From assembly GCA_051003195.1 (NCBI GenBank), contig JBPCLP010000008.1, positions 160,001 through 224,000 of the forward strand: 64,000 nucleotides of DNA, written 5' to 3'. Positions 21,801 through 31,991 of the stretch are shown one piece after another. Below the pieces are notes generated by a model. It did no database searches. It saw only the letters and a program-made list of their open reading frames with translations, and had not been told where the DNA came from. Made by a program: the position numbers and the translations under genes. The stretch's first letter is position 1, and each line of letters starts with the position of its first letter. This DNA is from Candidatus Sumerlaeaceae bacterium (GTDB lineage: Bacteria > Sumerlaeota > Sumerlaeia > Sumerlaeales > Sumerlaeaceae).

Positions 21801-21908
21801 CAGATTAACGATGGCCCGGTACCGCTCACCGACAGTCAGTTGGAAGGCAATGAGCTGAGACTAAAACTTCGCCGTCCGGGCCTCAATACAGTTGTGGTGC
21901 AGTATTGA
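18879..21908 (+). CDS. Large secreted hypothetical protein; N-terminal galactose-binding-like jelly roll, aromatic-rich helical C-terminal domain (putative glycoside hydrolase)
   Basis: ~1000-aa ORF with signal-like segment; GDIDGEDEAYFNGVKIG..YDIP..LRAGENVLALRI resembles a beta-galactosidase jelly roll; start uncertain (18774-18930). Confidence 0.6.
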   Translation: MKRHRGGDFTARRTTFAMWLLLAVWSGLTAPADAEETTHALSEIVPPALGYDLSTQPWFASADLPPESSPARIRELATATSPTVILRSGTATKSGILFCILSLRETADQQLGGRITIGDIDGEDEAYFNGVKIGESHGWGVTDLGIPRQYDIPPAALRAGENVLALRIFAWRNKPTFGIKRLPLTFAFTAPQEPRPNTMEAAARHDAIDADRARRAIFAADPELSSTERLHRKRPGFGRFGEFLFDGLPAMAEVSPTRISSRKGPVIEIALDDVSSASVVNDTALPGVDPWHKLTRVVGTSSQQVIQYTVHSNVLYPGAILKLEKGAVLPLRVRLAGRAGVILQASPEELNHAGVRVSKKSTVDVYVLGDAATATPPAVLVLSGLSANITRSNDQLEIALAAKDAKRGGHVYICFPTGIRSILPKSKFASVSELAATADPGSTQSTLNRWLRLAVNEPVATDEYFRVLPERGAVRVYQLSSFKAPAGLSGLPPLLFRPPQLDFAVQTLRYPVAGQETTASGLITFSGEACYAVQDSRTSGSETSDSSRDDIHLTWYDLPVPPMKERGMLAAPGQKQMRELLLKWIMSDVGSSDTLNGVDALYKSRCQAFQSWSYLTTDTRHRLTQDSTELLPIALSDRFWHVHTEPLSGLQYWWTYFIEGPYFDRFDQDWGNGLSLYGLYTFIKYTGQWELARAHWDAIERIFSWFTVTDDWEWMRASNGAHGHGTGAGDCESATFAACVAYARLAEGAGRADEYEYGIYMASRAAVFALTRFAYDDFAREYGLGETKSQVLGFHEGQGFLVGELDRYPWNVTSAISGNGIQPGNFDLYLKYAPETLRSYEQTFEAAYPNWSNAQYRYNFPTLYKGNSGYITLPHIYLRARLGMESSDVLHDLIHKAAENPHLWWLAPPVIAEVMHSKTESAYVSDWGRCAFLGGEMVKDSEGDKRRVRCIMRFDNREAPNAVEIVLPKKPQNFQINDGPVPLTDSQLEGNELRLKLRRPGLNTVVVQY

Positions 21909-21918
21909 AAGGTCGCCT

Positions 21919-21958
21919 GAATAGACTGTGGCAATCATCCGATTGCCGCAGTCTATTC
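21919..21958. terminator. Strong hairpin between convergent genes (probable terminator)
   Basis: gaatagactgtggcaatc-atcc-gattgccgcagtctattc, near-perfect 18-bp stem. Confidence 0.7.
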
Positions 21959-21972
21959 AAGAACTGTACTAA

Positions 21973-22063
21973 TGTGCCGAATCAGTAGTTCCTTACCAGA
22001 CCATAGGGGCAGGGTGACCTGGATTCGGCACACAGAACAGATTACGAACTAACGGTAGACCCC
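21973..22063. repeat. ~90-bp dispersed hairpin repeat, copy 2
   Basis: tgtgccgaatcagtagttcctta...gattcggcacacagaacagattacgaactaacgg, matching 3149-3243. Confidence 0.85.
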
Positions 22064-22070
22064 ACCAGGT

Positions 22071-22532
22071 TTAGTAGAGATTCCAGTCGTTAATACCTGA
22101 GACCGCAGATACTGCGATGGAATAGCTGGCACCAGTTGCCACGTTATCGGCACGGTACGCATCCACATAATAGGTGCCGGAGCTACTGGGCGTGAAGCTG
22201 AATACCTCTGCCTGGCCTGCGCCGCCACTGTCATGGACCGGCGGTTGAGTTGTGCCAGCCGAATTCTGAATCTCGATGCCGATGTCCAGTTGTGGCAATC
22301 CACTCGTAGTAGCATTGAAATTATACTGGGTTCCGGCAGTTGCGGTCCAACGGAAAAAGTCTTCACCGCCGGCACCATCTTCAGCCAAAGTGCCAGTTAG
22401 TGTGTCCGGCACAGTAAATGACACCGCACCACCACGAACGTTGTTGGATCCATCTTCCAGACCCTCACTGACAGACCAGCCAATTCCAACCGGCATGCAC
22501 AAAATGAAAGCCGACAAATATCTTAGCTTCAT
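22071..22532 (-). CDS. Small secreted PPC (pre-peptidase C-terminal)-like domain protein with C-terminal DWxLY tail
   Basis: RBS gaggag before ATG 22532; signal peptide; DFFRWTATAGTQY..FTPSSSGTYYV PPC-like pattern; ends AVSGINDWNLY. Confidence 0.75.
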   Translation of the reverse strand: MKLRYLSAFILCMPVGIGWSVSEGLEDGSNNVRGGAVSFTVPDTLTGTLAEDGAGGEDFFRWTATAGTQYNFNATTSGLPQLDIGIEIQNSAGTTQPPVHDSGGAGQAEVFSFTPSSSGTYYVDAYRADNVATGASYSIAVSAVSGINDWNLY

Positions 22533-22704
22533 GAACATCTCCTCGTTTGATTTCACAGCGCCGAAGTAATTTGACTGCTGCGGTATGAGACGCAAGTAGT
22601 TTATGGTGCGATGACTGCCGCCAGTAATAAAATCGAGTAATCTTGTCGGCATACGAGTTTATTTAGCTAAGCCGCTGATTCCATTGCCGTAAGCTTCGTT
22701 CTGA

Positions 22705-23967
22705 TCAGGTCCGCTTTCCTTTGTCACGACCGCCTTCCGCCTGGGCGATGGCAGGCTTCTTGAGTGTGCGCGGAGGTACCTTTTTGGCCGTTGCGGTGGA
22801 GGCGACTTCCTTCTCCGGTTCGTCTGCTGCTACACCCGGCGCCTTTGATTTTACAGGTCCGGAACCGCGAAGCGTAACTACCGTCTTGCCGCCACGAGTG
22901 GCTGTCCCGGTTTTCCGGGGAGACGCCTCCGCCACCTCGACCGTAATTTTCTCTGGCTTCGCAATGGACCGAACAGTCGGAGCTTTGGGTTGAACCGGCT
23001 TAGGCTTTGACGCGGTTGCAACAACGCGAACTGCCGGTGCAGTTGCTCTTGCCGCGACCGGTGCTGGTTGGGCCGCTGGCACGGCTGCCGGCGACGCAGA
23101 AGCTATGGCTGTGTCGATGCGAGGGCCTTGCCGGTCCGGGACACCGCGGTCTTTGTCCCTGACCAGAACCGTTGGTGCAACAGGATCAGACTCGAATTGC
23201 GCGAAATGCCGAGGCAGGAAATCGTAGCGGAGCCACCCCAGGTATGCGCAGGCGACCTCGATGTTCTTCTGGGGATCAAACACACCGCTCCCGTATTCCC
23301 AGTCCAAACCATACTTTTGTTTAATTTCAGACCAGACCACAGGCATTACCTGCATCAGGCCACTGGCTCCTGCCCCGCTGACACACGAATTGCGAAAGTC
23401 GGACTCGGTTTTCATAATCGCGCGGATCATTTGCGGGTCCAACCCGTATTTTTGAGCGGCTTGCTGGATAAAAGGCTCATATTCCGTCTGGCTGAGGTCC
23501 TGCATGTAGTATTTCAGCACACGAGGGGCGTAGTTTTGCGTCTCGCGAAAGGGAACGTTACCCCGGTATTTTAGCAAGGCATAGGGCCCGGCATTGTAAG
23601 CCTGTAGCCACAGCCTCGCTTGCTCCCGGTCGAGCGGTTGCGCGATAAAGTTATCCTGGTTGAGAGGTGCGGAAGTACCGCTGGCGTGGGTCGCGAGTTT
23701 CCAGGTCGCGTCCACCATCGAGGGAAGATCGCGTCGTCGATCAGGTTGATTTGAGGTTTCCTGCAATAAACCGGGGTTGCTTGCAAGAGCGACAAGTTTA
23801 GTAAAATCATAGCGTGACGTCTGATCTGCTGGGCTCTTGGGCTTCGGCTCCGGGGCTTTCGGACCCGTTGTTGCAACGCCTTTGGTGTGCGCGAACATTG
23901 CCATGGCGACCTGAAAGCCCATGGCAAGCCGACTACGGTATCTTAGCATATCCCTGAACATCTTCAT
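22705..23967 (-). CDS. Lytic transglycosylase (SLT domain, motifs in permuted order) with Ala/Pro/Lys-rich tail
   Basis: AIMKTES (catalytic Glu), GASGLMQVMP, FDPQKNI, plus AYNAG..ETQNY located upstream of them. Confidence 0.88.
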   Translation of the reverse strand: MKMFRDMLRYRSRLAMGFQVAMAMFAHTKGVATTGPKAPEPKPKSPADQTSRYDFTKLVALASNPGLLQETSNQPDRRRDLPSMVDATWKLATHASGTSAPLNQDNFIAQPLDREQARLWLQAYNAGPYALLKYRGNVPFRETQNYAPRVLKYYMQDLSQTEYEPFIQQAAQKYGLDPQMIRAIMKTESDFRNSCVSGAGASGLMQVMPVVWSEIKQKYGLDWEYGSGVFDPQKNIEVACAYLGWLRYDFLPRHFAQFESDPVAPTVLVRDKDRGVPDRQGPRIDTAIASASPAAVPAAQPAPVAARATAPAVRVVATASKPKPVQPKAPTVRSIAKPEKITVEVAEASPRKTGTATRGGKTVVTLRGSGPVKSKAPGVAADEPEKEVASTATAKKVPPRTLKKPAIAQAEGGRDKGKRT

Positions 23968-24154
23968 GCCTTCCTCCGGGCGGCTACGCATACGCGTTAT
24001 GGAAGAGGTCTTACACGGTTTATCGAGCCGCGAAACGGTTCCAATATAGTTAATAACAAATGGCGGACCATGTCCGCGCTATTTTGTCTAAGATTTGAAC
24101 TTAAAGACTTTGCGCAGGCTCTGAACCGGAATTGGGAACCCGGACTTGAAACGC

Positions 24155-25582
24155 TTACAAGTTACCGAATCGCCGTTTTGCTCTTTCAAGCACGGCACGG
24201 ATTTTTGTATCCGCTGCCTTTGCGGCCTGCTCAACGGTTGCCTGGGGATTGCCGGTGCCAGGATTTACGAGGACCGCCTTCTGCACTTCCTGCTGGAGTA
24301 CCCTGTCGATCCGCTCTCCGCCCGGTACCAGCGGCGACATTACGCCGTCCGGGAAGAGACTGAACACCGCGCTGAGACGCGGATCATCTGCAAACGGATC
24401 TCCCGCGCTGATACGTGAAGGGTACACATTCTCATATTTCAGGACGCGCTGACCTTCGCCACTCACGAGGTACAGTGCGAATTCGGCAGCCAGTCGGCGG
24501 CGCTCCGGGTCTTTTTGGCGAAAGACAACATACGTGCCCAGGCCGGAGGATGCGAGTACCGGGGTCGTCATGCTGTCTTTTTGCGGCGGCGCAGCAATCA
24601 TCCAGCGAATTGGTTTTTCCAGCTCTCCCGTGCGCCCGGCGGCCACCTTCCGGCGGTTCGTCGCTTCGATGGCATCGTTTGCGCGTTCCACGGCAGTAAC
24701 GCACCATGCGCCCTGTATGGTACAGGCGCAGGTGCGGCTGTCCCGCCACAGGCTCCAGCTTTGCTCCTGGGTGGCCGCACCGATTCCAGGAGCGGCGACT
24801 CGGTGCTCAAACTCGAGTGACTGCAATCGCCGCAGCCCCTCTATAAAAGGGGCCTCGGCTACCGTGGATTGGATGATTCCCTCAGGACGCTGCTGCAGAA
24901 TACGCCCGCCGAAATTAAAAATAATCGAGTACGCTTCGTACTCCATAGGGCCAAGGTTTGTGACCAGCCCATAAAAATTTGGCTCGGCAGATGTCGTCGC
25001 GCGGTCGCCCGCTGAAGTGCGGGTAAGCGCCTTCATTTTCACGAGGAACTCATCCCAGTTCCATCTGCCGTCTTTCGGTGGGGCAACGCCGAATTTCTTA
25101 AAAAGGTCCAGGTTGAGCAGCATGACATAACACGCCTTGTACCACGGCACCGCATAGACATGGCCCTTGTGGGAAACCGCCTTCAGGTACGCCGGATGGA
25201 AATCGCTGATATCATTCTGCAGATAGCTCTCGAGCGGTTCGAGTACGTCCTGCGCAATAAACCCCGGCAGCCCCGTACTCACCTGGCCGCAGACATCCGG
25301 AGGGCTACCGGATAGAACGGAAAGGGTCAGCTTCTGCTGCCCATCCTGCCATGGTAGCTTTGTATAACGAATACGAACTCCCGGGTGCTCTGCCTGGAAC
25401 CGGGCCATTGCAGACGTCAGATAGTCGTTCGTCCTGGGGAGGTGGGGGAAATCCCAGAACTCCAACGTGATCGGGCCGGACGCGGCGCAAAACCCCGCAG
25501 ACAAATGCACGTAGATGGCAACACAGGCAATCACCGGCTTTAAGCGGGTTGGAGGTCGTCGTGCGGATGATCGGCCGGGCAT
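24155..25582 (-). CDS. Sugar ABC transporter extracellular solute-binding protein
   Basis: ITLEFWD, F..EHPGVRI, PPDV, GHVYAVPW, WNWDEF; start uncertain (up to 25648). Confidence 0.88.
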   Translation of the reverse strand: MPGRSSARRPPTRLKPVIACVAIYVHLSAGFCAASGPITLEFWDFPHLPRTNDYLTSAMARFQAEHPGVRIRYTKLPWQDGQQKLTLSVLSGSPPDVCGQVSTGLPGFIAQDVLEPLESYLQNDISDFHPAYLKAVSHKGHVYAVPWYKACYVMLLNLDLFKKFGVAPPKDGRWNWDEFLVKMKALTRTSAGDRATTSAEPNFYGLVTNLGPMEYEAYSIIFNFGGRILQQRPEGIIQSTVAEAPFIEGLRRLQSLEFEHRVAAPGIGAATQEQSWSLWRDSRTCACTIQGAWCVTAVERANDAIEATNRRKVAAGRTGELEKPIRWMIAAPPQKDSMTTPVLASSGLGTYVVFRQKDPERRRLAAEFALYLVSGEGQRVLKYENVYPSRISAGDPFADDPRLSAVFSLFPDGVMSPLVPGGERIDRVLQQEVQKAVLVNPGTGNPQATVEQAAKAADTKIRAVLERAKRRFGNL

Positions 25583-25637
25583 CGTACGTGGAGCTTGTTT
25601 TTGCCATCTTGGACACGCAAGAACGCGATGTAAGCTC

Positions 25638-28277
<2,640 letters not shown>

Positions 28278-28390
28278 TTGCGGCGGTTGATGTACCACGC
28301 AGCTGTGCGTCTCATTTGCTTTTTGAAGGAATCCGTCAGCCGGATGTCGGCATAAATTATGAACAGCGCTGCATATTCCACTTGCAATGC

Positions 28391-28408
28391 GTAGAACGCA
28401 AGTTCTAC
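28391..28408. promoter_or_regulatory. LexA operator (GAAC-N4-GTTC SOS box)
   Basis: Perfect palindrome GTAGAAC-gcaa-GTTCTAC ending 33 bp upstream of lexA ATG, just after TTGCAA. Confidence 0.85.
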
Positions 28409-28441
28409 CGCTAAGTTCAACGCTGCTGAGTAAGGACGCAT

Positions 28442-29092
28442 ATGCCAATTCCGAAGCTACCGGATAAACAAAAGAAGATCCTGGAATTTATCCGGTCAGA
28501 ACATTCGTCGACGGGTGTGTATCCGTCGGTGCGGGAAATTGCCGCCCATATGGAGTTTAAATCGACCAACACGGTGGATTATCACCTGCGTCGCATGGAA
28601 GCTATGGGTGCCATTGAGCGAGGCGGACGGCGTGCGCGCAGCTTCTCAGTAGCCGGGGGCGACCGTGGTACGACGCGGGCCCGTAGCTCCGGCGGATATT
28701 ACGCTGAGCACGGCGGTGTTCCACTGCTGGGTCGAGTGGCGGCAGGCGAGCCCATCCTTGCTGAGCAGCACTACGACGGGATGGTAAACTTTTCCAGCCT
28801 CTTCCATTGTGATGACCAGACTTTCGCACTTAAGGTGCTGGGCGACAGCATGGTGGAAGCGGGCATTGTCGATGGTGACCTGGTTATTGTGCGCCACCAG
28901 CCAAACGTCGCTAACGGCGAAATCGGTGTGGCGGTCATCGGGAACGAAGCCACCGTAAAACGCATTTACGACGAAGGCTCATCCTGGCGTTTACAGCCGG
29001 AGAACACGACGATGAAGCCCATTGTTGTAAAAAAAGGCGAAGAAGACTTTTCAATCGCTGGCCGCGTGGTCGGTGTTGTGCGGAAAATGTAA
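28442..29092 (+). CDS. lexA: SOS repressor LexA
   Basis: PSVREI winged helix, VPLLGRVAAG cleavage site, GDSM Ser, ATVK Lys. Confidence 0.97.
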   Translation: MPIPKLPDKQKKILEFIRSEHSSTGVYPSVREIAAHMEFKSTNTVDYHLRRMEAMGAIERGGRRARSFSVAGGDRGTTRARSSGGYYAEHGGVPLLGRVAAGEPILAEQHYDGMVNFSSLFHCDDQTFALKVLGDSMVEAGIVDGDLVIVRHQPNVANGEIGVAVIGNEATVKRIYDEGSSWRLQPENTTMKPIVVKKGEEDFSIAGRVVGVVRKM

Positions 29093-29162
29093 TCCGGTAT
29101 AATCTAAACATAAAGGCTCGCAGCAGTGATCCGCTGCAGCCCTCGATTCCAGTGTCGGGTTC

Positions 29163-30299
29163 CTATACAAGCGCCAGTTCTTCATATATGAGCGTATTGA
29201 GCTCCCGATTCCTCTTCTCGTGCTTCGGCTCGCCCGGCAAACCGTTGAAAATAAGTGCAACTGCGAGCTTTTGGAGGGGATCGGCGTAGGCACTCGTACT
29301 TTGCACTCCGCTGTGGCCAAAGGTGCTCTCTGAAGCATACTTCCCATATCCATACGGTGTGGTTTCAGAACCATATCTGTTAGAATTGATGAGAAAACCA
29401 AACCCCCAATCAATGCGCCCGTGAAGGGTGCGGTCGACCAGACCGCTTCGGGAGCGTTCGGTCATTGTGCGAACCGTCTTCGGACTGAGAGGCCCCGCGC
29501 CAGCAACCCCATTCCACAGGTCGCTGAGCATGTTATAGAACGCGCACAGTTCGCGGGCCGGACCAAGAGCGCCGCCGCCGGGATTGCGCGCGTGTGCACG
29601 CAATTCGTTATCTCCCGCCCAAACGGGCACCTGGTGAGTTCGTAGATCGAGTTGATCCCGGGCGCTGTGGTTTGTATCGTGAAGTGGCGCTATCTCGTCG
29701 CTTTCAAGCATGCTGGTATATTGCCCGGAGGGCAGGCCAATCGATGCTTTTTGACAACGGATTGAGCCGAGGACCTCACGTTGAACGTAGGCGTGAAAAG
29801 CTTCGCCCGTAATCCGCTGCAGGATTTCGGCGAGAAGGTACCACGTTGTCTGCGGATCGTATGCCGCGTAATTGCCGGGCACTCGACCCTCGGGAATGCG
29901 AGCGTTGCAGATTTGCGCGATGATTTCATCCCAGTGCAACCGTGGCCAGTCAACGGCCGGTGGCTCGTAGGCATGTGTGTGCGTGAGGAGATTTTGAATC
30001 TGTATTCCAGATTTGGCATGGGCGGCGAACTCCGGAATGTGATCCGCCACCAAATCCTCCGGCGTGAGCCGGCCCTGCTCCCACAACTGCGCAATGGCGA
30101 CTGCGAGGAGCGGTTTGCCTGCCGACAGCCAGAGCATGCGGTGGTCGGTGCGCAGGGGTTTTCCATCGCGCGCCAGGCCAACCGCGAAGTCCGCAACGAC
30201 GCGCCCCTGCAGGGACACACTCATCTGGGCGCCAATGTGCAGGCCCCTTTCGATACCTTGCTGTAAGAGGGCCGTACAGCGCGGGAGCTCGTTAATCAC
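29163..30299 (-). CDS. Serine hydrolase, beta-lactamase class C-like
   Basis: SAGK (SxxK), LLTHT, AYDP, FGHSG. Confidence 0.88.
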   Translation of the reverse strand: MINELPRCTALLQQGIERGLHIGAQMSVSLQGRVVADFAVGLARDGKPLRTDHRMLWLSAGKPLLAVAIAQLWEQGRLTPEDLVADHIPEFAAHAKSGIQIQNLLTHTHAYEPPAVDWPRLHWDEIIAQICNARIPEGRVPGNYAAYDPQTTWYLLAEILQRITGEAFHAYVQREVLGSIRCQKASIGLPSGQYTSMLESDEIAPLHDTNHSARDQLDLRTHQVPVWAGDNELRAHARNPGGGALGPARELCAFYNMLSDLWNGVAGAGPLSPKTVRTMTERSRSGLVDRTLHGRIDWGFGFLINSNRYGSETTPYGYGKYASESTFGHSGVQSTSAYADPLQKLAVALIFNGLPGEPKHEKRNRELNTLIYEELALV

Positions 30300-30343
30300 A
30301 GGCGTTGTTTCCGGCGAGATGAGTTTCGCCTCACGCTACAGCT

Positions 30344-30805
30344 TCAATCGAAGTGCGACTTTGCTTTCTCGAAGCTCTTTCGCAGTTCCCCCAGGGCGGC
30401 TTCGGTACCTGTTGCCATCTCATCCCATGCCTTGCCGCTGCGCGTCTTCAAATCGTCCAGCTTCTTTTCCAGCTCCTCTTTGCGGCGTTCGAGATCGGGC
30501 AACTGTTCCTGGATACGCGCTTTTGCATCCGCGCCCGCCCGGGCTACCCGGGTCTTCAGATCCGCGAGGTTTACGTCGAGCTTCTTTACTTCCTTCTCCA
30601 GTCGTGTCTGCGCCTGGTCTTTCGTCTCGACGGCAAGCGCGCCCGCAGCAGAAAGCGTTTCGCTTGTGCCGCGCTTCAGGCGCTCGACATTATCGTCACG
30701 CTCCAGCTTCTCAGCATGTGCCGGGTGGTCTGCACATCCCGCCATAGCCAGCAGCGTGCAGAGAGAGCAAAGCGGCCACCAATTCCTGATCGTATGTTTT
30801 TTCAT
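30344..30805 (-). CDS. Coiled-coil lipoprotein (general-stress-like), hypothetical
   Basis: MKKHTIR..LLAMAGC lipobox; helical charged body ending KAWDEMATG..SFEKAKSHFD. Confidence 0.75.
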   Translation of the reverse strand: MKKHTIRNWWPLCSLCTLLAMAGCADHPAHAEKLERDDNVERLKRGTSETLSAAGALAVETKDQAQTRLEKEVKKLDVNLADLKTRVARAGADAKARIQEQLPDLERRKEELEKKLDDLKTRSGKAWDEMATGTEAALGELRKSFEKAKSHFD

Positions 30806-30901
30806 GTGCGACGTCTTCCGCCTCGTTGCGCCAATTGCAATCCCGCAGTGCAATCCTGCGCTTTTGCTTGCCTCGCTTCTGACGTTCAACTTGCTGGCGG
30901 T

Positions 30902-31477
30902 ATGAGGCTCATCGTTGGGCTCGGAAACCCGGGCCGCCAGTACGACAACACTCCCCATAATGTCGGGTTTCATGCAATCGACGAGCTGGCGCAACGACAT
31001 GCCGGCAACTGGGCCCTTCAAAGGCGCTTTGACGCGATGACGGCAGAAGTGCGAATCTGGGACCGGAATACGACGCTCCTGAAACCACTGACGTATATGA
31101 ACCTGAGCGGACAAAGTGTGGGCGCGTGGCTGAGCAGGAATGGCGGCGAGCCGTCTGAGATACTGGTCATCAGCGACGACGTGCACCTTCCGCTCGGACG
31201 GATCCGCATTCGAACTGGTGGAAGCCATGGCGGACAAAAGGGCCTGCTTTCGATTATCAACTCACTTGGCACGCTCGAGTTTCCACGGCTGCGCATCGGT
31301 ATTCGGCCTGAAACCGAAGAGGTAACGGACCTGGTGGAGTACGTGCTTCGGAAAGTGAAGCCCGCAGATCGCGACGTTTTTAAACAAAGCTGGAGTGATG
31401 CAGCTGACGCCGTCGAGATGATCTTTAAAAAGGATCTGACGACAGCGATGAATCATTTTAACCGGAAGAACACGTGA
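30902..31477 (+). CDS. pth: Peptidyl-tRNA hydrolase
   Basis: LIVGLGNPG, HNVGF, KPLTYMNLSG, RLRIGI. Confidence 0.97.
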   Translation: MRLIVGLGNPGRQYDNTPHNVGFHAIDELAQRHAGNWALQRRFDAMTAEVRIWDRNTTLLKPLTYMNLSGQSVGAWLSRNGGEPSEILVISDDVHLPLGRIRIRTGGSHGGQKGLLSIINSLGTLEFPRLRIGIRPETEEVTDLVEYVLRKVKPADRDVFKQSWSDAADAVEMIFKKDLTTAMNHFNRKNT

Positions 31478-31929
31478 CCCCTGACGAGGCCCGGCGTTGG
31501 ATGCGCGAGGCAATTGCGCTGGCCCGGCAGGCGGCGGAACTGGATGAAGTGCCTGTCGGCGCTGTTGTTGTACACAATGACAAGCTGATCGGACAGGCGC
31601 ACGATCTTCGTGTCCAATTGCGTGATCCAACGGCGCACGCCGAAGTGCTGGCACTTCGCCAGGCCGCTGAGCACCTTGGCGATTGGCGTCTGGAAAACTC
31701 CACTCTCGTTGTGACACTGGAACCATGTCCGATGTGCGCGGGAGCTGCCCTGCTTGCACGCATCCCACTGGTTGTGTATGGTGCCAAAAACCCGAAGTTC
31801 GGCGCGGTCGAATCGCAGATGCCGCTTCTCGCCCACAAAGGCTGGAATCACCGTACGCAAACTGTCGCCGGCGTGCTGGAGACAGAATGCGCAGAGCTGC
31901 TGCAACACTACTTTCGCGCGAAGCGCTGA
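31474..31929 (+). CDS. tadA: tRNA adenosine(34) deaminase
   Basis: EVPVGAV, PTAHAE, TLEPCPMCAGA. Confidence 0.93.
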   Translation: MTPDEARRWMREAIALARQAAELDEVPVGAVVVHNDKLIGQAHDLRVQLRDPTAHAEVLALRQAAEHLGDWRLENSTLVVTLEPCPMCAGAALLARIPLVVYGAKNPKFGAVESQMPLLAHKGWNHRTQTVAGVLETECAELLQHYFRAKR

Positions 31930-31956
31930 AGACTACTTTCGCGCGAAGCGCTGAAG
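31907..31956 (+). repeat. Exact 25-bp tandem duplication of the tadA 3' end
   Basis: actactttcgcgcgaagcgctgaag x2. Confidence 0.9.
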
Positions 31957-31991
31957 GCTACTGAACAGCAGAAAGCATGATCAAGTCGCGA

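Noticed and set aside
30353..31237. Apparent large overlap of the 374-aa and 297-aa ORFs
   Set aside because: Resolved by later starts: pth at 30902 (+) and the lipoprotein at 30805 (-) are simply divergent
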